This document shows, one piece after another, positions 7,179 to 10,146 of a DNA stretch of 10,146 nt (within the stretch, counting starts at the first letter, position 1; every line of letters begins with the position of its first letter). The translations under genes were made by a program, and so were the position numbers. The notes beneath the pieces were generated by a model. The model was not told the DNA's origin. It did not search any database and worked only from the letters and a program-made list of their open reading frames with translations. This DNA comes from Pseudobdellovibrionaceae bacterium (GTDB taxonomy: Bacteria; Bdellovibrionota; Bdellovibrionia; Bdellovibrionales; Bdellovibrionaceae): NCBI GenBank assembly GCA_041288045.1, contig JBGGMM010000001.1:1-10146 (forward strand), in the 5' to 3' direction.

Positions 7179-7194
7179 TGCACAAGTTCGGCCA
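7179..7194 (-). promoter_or_regulatory. Candidate sigma54 promoter for the PRTase-esterase gene
   Basis: Minus strand reads TGGCCG-AACTT-GTGCA (GG-N10-GC), ending 15 nt before ATG 7163. Confidence 0.45.
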
Positions 7195-7294
7195 CGAATG
7201 TGAGACGGGAAAAACGTCACTCCTAACGCAAACTTAGAAATTTGAGGAATTTCGCCTCTGAGATTTGACATTAAAAAGAAAGGATTGAATCAAA

Positions 7295-7681
7295 ATGAAA
7301 TGCCCCTGTGGCTCTTTGAAAAATCAAGCGGAATGTTGTGATCCTCTCATTACCGGCGAAAAGGCGGCTGAATCTCCAGAAGAATTGATGAGATCTCGGT
7401 ACACAGCTTTCGCCATCAATAAAATGGATTACATTTTTGAAACGACGGACCCACAGGCTCGAATGGATTTTGACCATAAAGCCAACGAAGAATGGGCGAG
7501 CTCATCCAAATTCCTAAAACTTGAAATTCTGCGTGCTTCGCAAGAGGGAAATAAAGGGATGGTCGAATTCAAAGCCACTTATCAAACCGGCGACCAAGAT
7601 CCGAAAGTTCATCATGAGATTTCAAAATTTAGAAAGCAGGCAGGGGTTTGGTATTTTCGCGAAGGACGCGCTCAAAGCTAG
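7295..7681 (+). CDS. ychJ: YchJ / UPF0225 family protein with N-terminal SEC-C-like Cys motif, 128 aa
   Basis: Motifs CPCGS...CC, PEELMRSRYTAF, GMVEFKATY, HHEISKF and WYFREG. AAAGGA RBS. Confidence 0.92.
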   Translation: MKCPCGSLKNQAECCDPLITGEKAAESPEELMRSRYTAFAINKMDYIFETTDPQARMDFDHKANEEWASSSKFLKLEILRASQEGNKGMVEFKATYQTGDQDPKVHHEISKFRKQAGVWYFREGRAQS

Positions 7682-8217
7682 AAAGAACTCCCGGGTTGCT
7701 TGAGAAATTCAATTTCTTCTGCAGTGGAAACTCGACCCAAAATTTGATTTCGATGTGGAAAGCGCCCAAAGCGATCAATGATGTTCTTGTGAAGGATTTC
7801 GTATTCCAGATTGCCCTCATGCCCTTTTTCGGAAAAAAGCTCCACAGCTTCTTCGTGAATGAGAACTGACTCGCTGTGCATGAAAGGCATGTATAGGAAA
7901 GCTCTTTGCATGACTGACAACTGAAAGTGTTGTCCAGAGAGAATGGCTTCTTGAGAAAGAGCTAAGGCCAAATTGTCTTGTGAAAAAGAGCGGGGATCGC
8001 CACGAAATAAATTCCTGGAAAATTGATCCAGAACAATCACTTCGGCCAGCCGACCCTGTATGGAGTCTCGCCAATCCCATAGTTCACAGCGCGAGGCCCT
8101 CTCATGAGTTTCCAAAAAAAGATGGCGAATCTTTTCGTCCAAAGCCGGATCTTTGCGGAACCATTGAGCCGGTTGGAGTTCTTGAAACCAGAATGAAAGA
8201 ACCTCATTCGCTGTCAT
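7678..8217 (-). CDS. DUF924 family protein, 179 aa
   Basis: Motifs VLSFWF, LAEVIVLDQFSRNLFRG, FLYMPFMHSE, RFGRFPHRNQILGRVST and FLKQPGSSF. Confidence 0.93.
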   Translation of the reverse strand: MTANEVLSFWFQELQPAQWFRKDPALDEKIRHLFLETHERASRCELWDWRDSIQGRLAEVIVLDQFSRNLFRGDPRSFSQDNLALALSQEAILSGQHFQLSVMQRAFLYMPFMHSESVLIHEEAVELFSEKGHEGNLEYEILHKNIIDRFGRFPHRNQILGRVSTAEEIEFLKQPGSSF

Positions 8218-8221
8218 ACAA

Positions 8222-9073
8222 TCACTTCGGGAGCTGGCAGCCTGCTTGATTCAAATCCAATTTGTTCTCAGCATTCAAGCAAGAGTAAACCCAAAAGGTC
8301 TGCTGTGCGTATGACAAACCTTTTTCAAATGAGACATTGCCTTCAGAGTCAACCTCACAGGGATTGTTCATGGTGCACTCTTGTCCGTCTTCATTTCCGG
8401 TGTTGTTAATGCCAACCATATCCCGAGTGCCAGAGAGGACAATCGGCGAACCAGAAGTCCCGCCAATTGTTTCACATCCAGGGCGAGAGTAGCGGATAGA
8501 ATCTGCGAAATGATAGCCCTCTTCGATCAACTGAGGAATAAAAGCTTCGATTGAGCAGCTGTAGCCTTTTCTCCAGTATCCTGAAATCACTTCAATCGGC
8601 ATAGCCAGTTGCGGGTGAGTGGCCGAAAGAACCAAAGGAGAAACATGAAATTTCTCTTTGATCTGGGAATAGGTTTCTTGCAATTGATAAATCGCCAAAT
8701 CTGTTGAAGTCATGGTTGCGTACAAAAGTCGAACGGCTTTGACAGTTCCGGCCAATTGGGCTTTTGAATTCATCAAATTCACACGTCGAGAAGAATTTTG
8801 GTTTTCAAGAATCTGTCCAGGTTTTGGAAAGCCAAATTCGACACAGTGGCCATTGGTGAACATCAAAGCCTGGTCGGAGTCTTTAGAATTTTCAAACTGC
8901 ACCAAACTCCCGGAGCAATTGGAAAGGGCCACAATCCCTTCAAAGTCATAGTCTGTATTCACTTCAGTATGAAAACTCAGACTGGCAAAATCTCCCTGAG
9001 GCAGTGGAAAAGCCAAAGCCCATGCGCTTGTGAAAAATGAGAGCGAGAAAAAAAGAACGCGAATTTGCATCAT
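8222..9073 (-). CDS. Secreted trypsin-like (S1) serine protease, 283 aa
   Basis: Signal peptide. Catalytic triad context: CSGSLV...TNGHC (His), TDLAIY (Asp), GGTSGSPI (Ser). Paired cysteines (ECTMNNPCE). GGAGG RBS. Confidence 0.92.
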   Translation of the reverse strand: MMQIRVLFFSLSFFTSAWALAFPLPQGDFASLSFHTEVNTDYDFEGIVALSNCSGSLVQFENSKDSDQALMFTNGHCVEFGFPKPGQILENQNSSRRVNLMNSKAQLAGTVKAVRLLYATMTSTDLAIYQLQETYSQIKEKFHVSPLVLSATHPQLAMPIEVISGYWRKGYSCSIEAFIPQLIEEGYHFADSIRYSRPGCETIGGTSGSPIVLSGTRDMVGINNTGNEDGQECTMNNPCEVDSEGNVSFEKGLSYAQQTFWVYSCLNAENKLDLNQAGCQLPK

Positions 9074-9233
9074 GATCCCTCCAATGGATGATTGCAGCTT
9101 TCGATGCTAGTCGAGTGTTGAGGGGATGCAAAAGAAAATTGCATTCTGGCAAATAATGACATTGCGCTTATCTTGCTCGGCGGGAAGTGTTCAAACCCCA
9201 AAGTTGAAAAATTAAAAAGTCATTTCATGCACT

Positions 9234-9947
9234 TCAAAGATGTATCCGTTGGGCTTCAGACCTCTGTCTTCGGAGATTCCCCTGACGTCGAACTGCCGTC
9301 ACTCCAACTTGTTGGCAATAATCGAGAACGGGACATGAGAGGCATTTCGGAGCTACACCAGTACAAATGTGCTTGCCAAAAGGGACCAAGAGCTCGTTGA
9401 TTTCCACCCATTTCGAGCGCGGTAATTTTTTCTGCAGCTGAAGCCAACTTTTTTCTGGTGTTGAAGCTTGAATGTATCCCCAGCGGTTGGTGACTCGGTG
9501 AACGTGGATGTCGACACCGATGGAAGGAATCCCACAGGAGATTCCTAAGACGAGATTGGCGCACTTGGGTCCCACTCCTGGTAAGGATGTCAAAGTTTCG
9601 AAGTCACAGGGAGTTTTTCCATCAAAATCGGCCAAGATCTTTTCACAAATGGAAAGAATTGTTTTCGCTTTTTGAAATGGGAAAGTGCAAGGTTGAACCA
9701 TTTCACCCAGCTCTTGCAAGGTCAGTTGGGACATTTGCTTTGGAGTTCGAGCTCGCTTGAATAATTTTTTAGCTACAACCAAGCTTGTTTCGTCGCGGGT
9801 TCGAATCGAAAGCAGACAGGCCATCAATTGCTCGAATGGACTGTGGTGCCCCTCTTCATAAATTTGAAACAGCATCGCTTTTGGATAGGGTTTGATCGCT
9901 TCTCGGATGAGTCTGAACATTTTTGGAATATCATAGGACTTTTTCAA
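9234..9947 (-). CDS. nth: Endonuclease III (HhH-GPD DNA glycosylase/AP lyase with 4Fe-4S motif), about 237 aa
   Basis: HhH LPGVGPKCANLVL (catalytic Lys), VDIHVHRV (catalytic Asp), and C-X6-C-X2-C-X5-C (CTGVAPKCLSCPVLDYC). Start placed at TTG 9947, preceded by GGGAGG at 5 nt spacing. Alternative starts are 9989 and 9920. Confidence 0.92.
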   Translation of the reverse strand: MKKSYDIPKMFRLIREAIKPYPKAMLFQIYEEGHHSPFEQLMACLLSIRTRDETSLVVAKKLFKRARTPKQMSQLTLQELGEMVQPCTFPFQKAKTILSICEKILADFDGKTPCDFETLTSLPGVGPKCANLVLGISCGIPSIGVDIHVHRVTNRWGYIQASTPEKSWLQLQKKLPRSKWVEINELLVPFGKHICTGVAPKCLSCPVLDYCQQVGVTAVRRQGNLRRQRSEAQRIHL

Positions 9948-9985
9948 AGCGTCCTCCCGCCTTTCTTTCTCTTCTCTTTGTATTT

Positions 9986-10138
9986 TCAACTAAAAAATAT
10001 CAGAAAGAAAAGCGCCTGGAACTTGTAGGATAACAGCCGGAATAATTTGTGCAGAAAATAAAAAGCAGTGATCAGGAGGTCGTGGATGGACATCGAAAAA
10101 ACGTTTTCGGGTGAAAGTGTGTCATCTTGGATGGACAT
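9986..10138 (-). CDS. Possible small hydrophobic protein (50 aa), or the 3' end of a gene entering from outside the window
   Basis: ATG 10138 preceded by AGGGATCA, similar to the GGAGGGATC ahead of the protease start. Translates MSIQDDTLSPENVFSMSIHDLLITAFYFLHKLFRLLSYKFQALFFLIFFS*. The frame is also open to the window edge. Confidence 0.3.
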   Translation of the reverse strand: MSIQDDTLSPENVFSMSIHDLLITAFYFLHKLFRLLSYKFQALFFLIFFS

Positions 10139-10146
10139 TGATCCCT

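Noticed and set aside
7265..7290. TTGACA as a sigma70 -35 box for ychJ
   Set aside because: No acceptable -10 hexamer at 16-18 nt spacing, and the start site would fall at or inside the start codon.
10002..10017. Minus-strand AGGCGC-TTTTC-TTTCT as a fifth sigma54 promoter, upstream of nth
   Set aside because: The nearly invariant G of the -12 GC is missing.
10083..10141. Direct repeat at the window edge as the start of a CRISPR array
   Set aside because: Only two 14-nt copies with a 45-nt period, too short for CRISPR repeats, and no cas genes in view.

Overview
Compact, gene-dense bacterial chromosomal window. The gene style (secreted S1 protease, small signal-peptide hypotheticals) suggests Bdellovibrionota or a relative, but that is inference. 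No rRNA, tRNA, CRISPR array or mobile element was seen. Left to right: (-) 5' end of a probable pirin-family gene and an MBL-fold metallohydrolase; (+) an overlapping three-gene operon encoding a predicted 8-stranded outer-membrane beta-barrel, a GS/GCS-fold putative amidoligase and a class-I glutamine amidotransferase (peptidase C26); (-) an acidic disordered protein and a DUF4112 gene; (+) a small secreted Lys/Thr-rich protein; (-) a phosphoribosyltransferase-erythromycin-esterase-family fusion; (+) a YchJ-like gene; (-) DUF924, a secreted trypsin-like protease, endonuclease III and a possible small ORF at the edge. Two things stand out. First, the barrel/ligase/GATase operon has a near-perfect sigma54 promoter, and its GATase carries a hydrophobic insertion. 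Second, correctly oriented sigma54-like -24/-12 motifs precede four transcription units, suggesting a co-regulated cluster. All family assignments come from motif recognition only; no searches were run.
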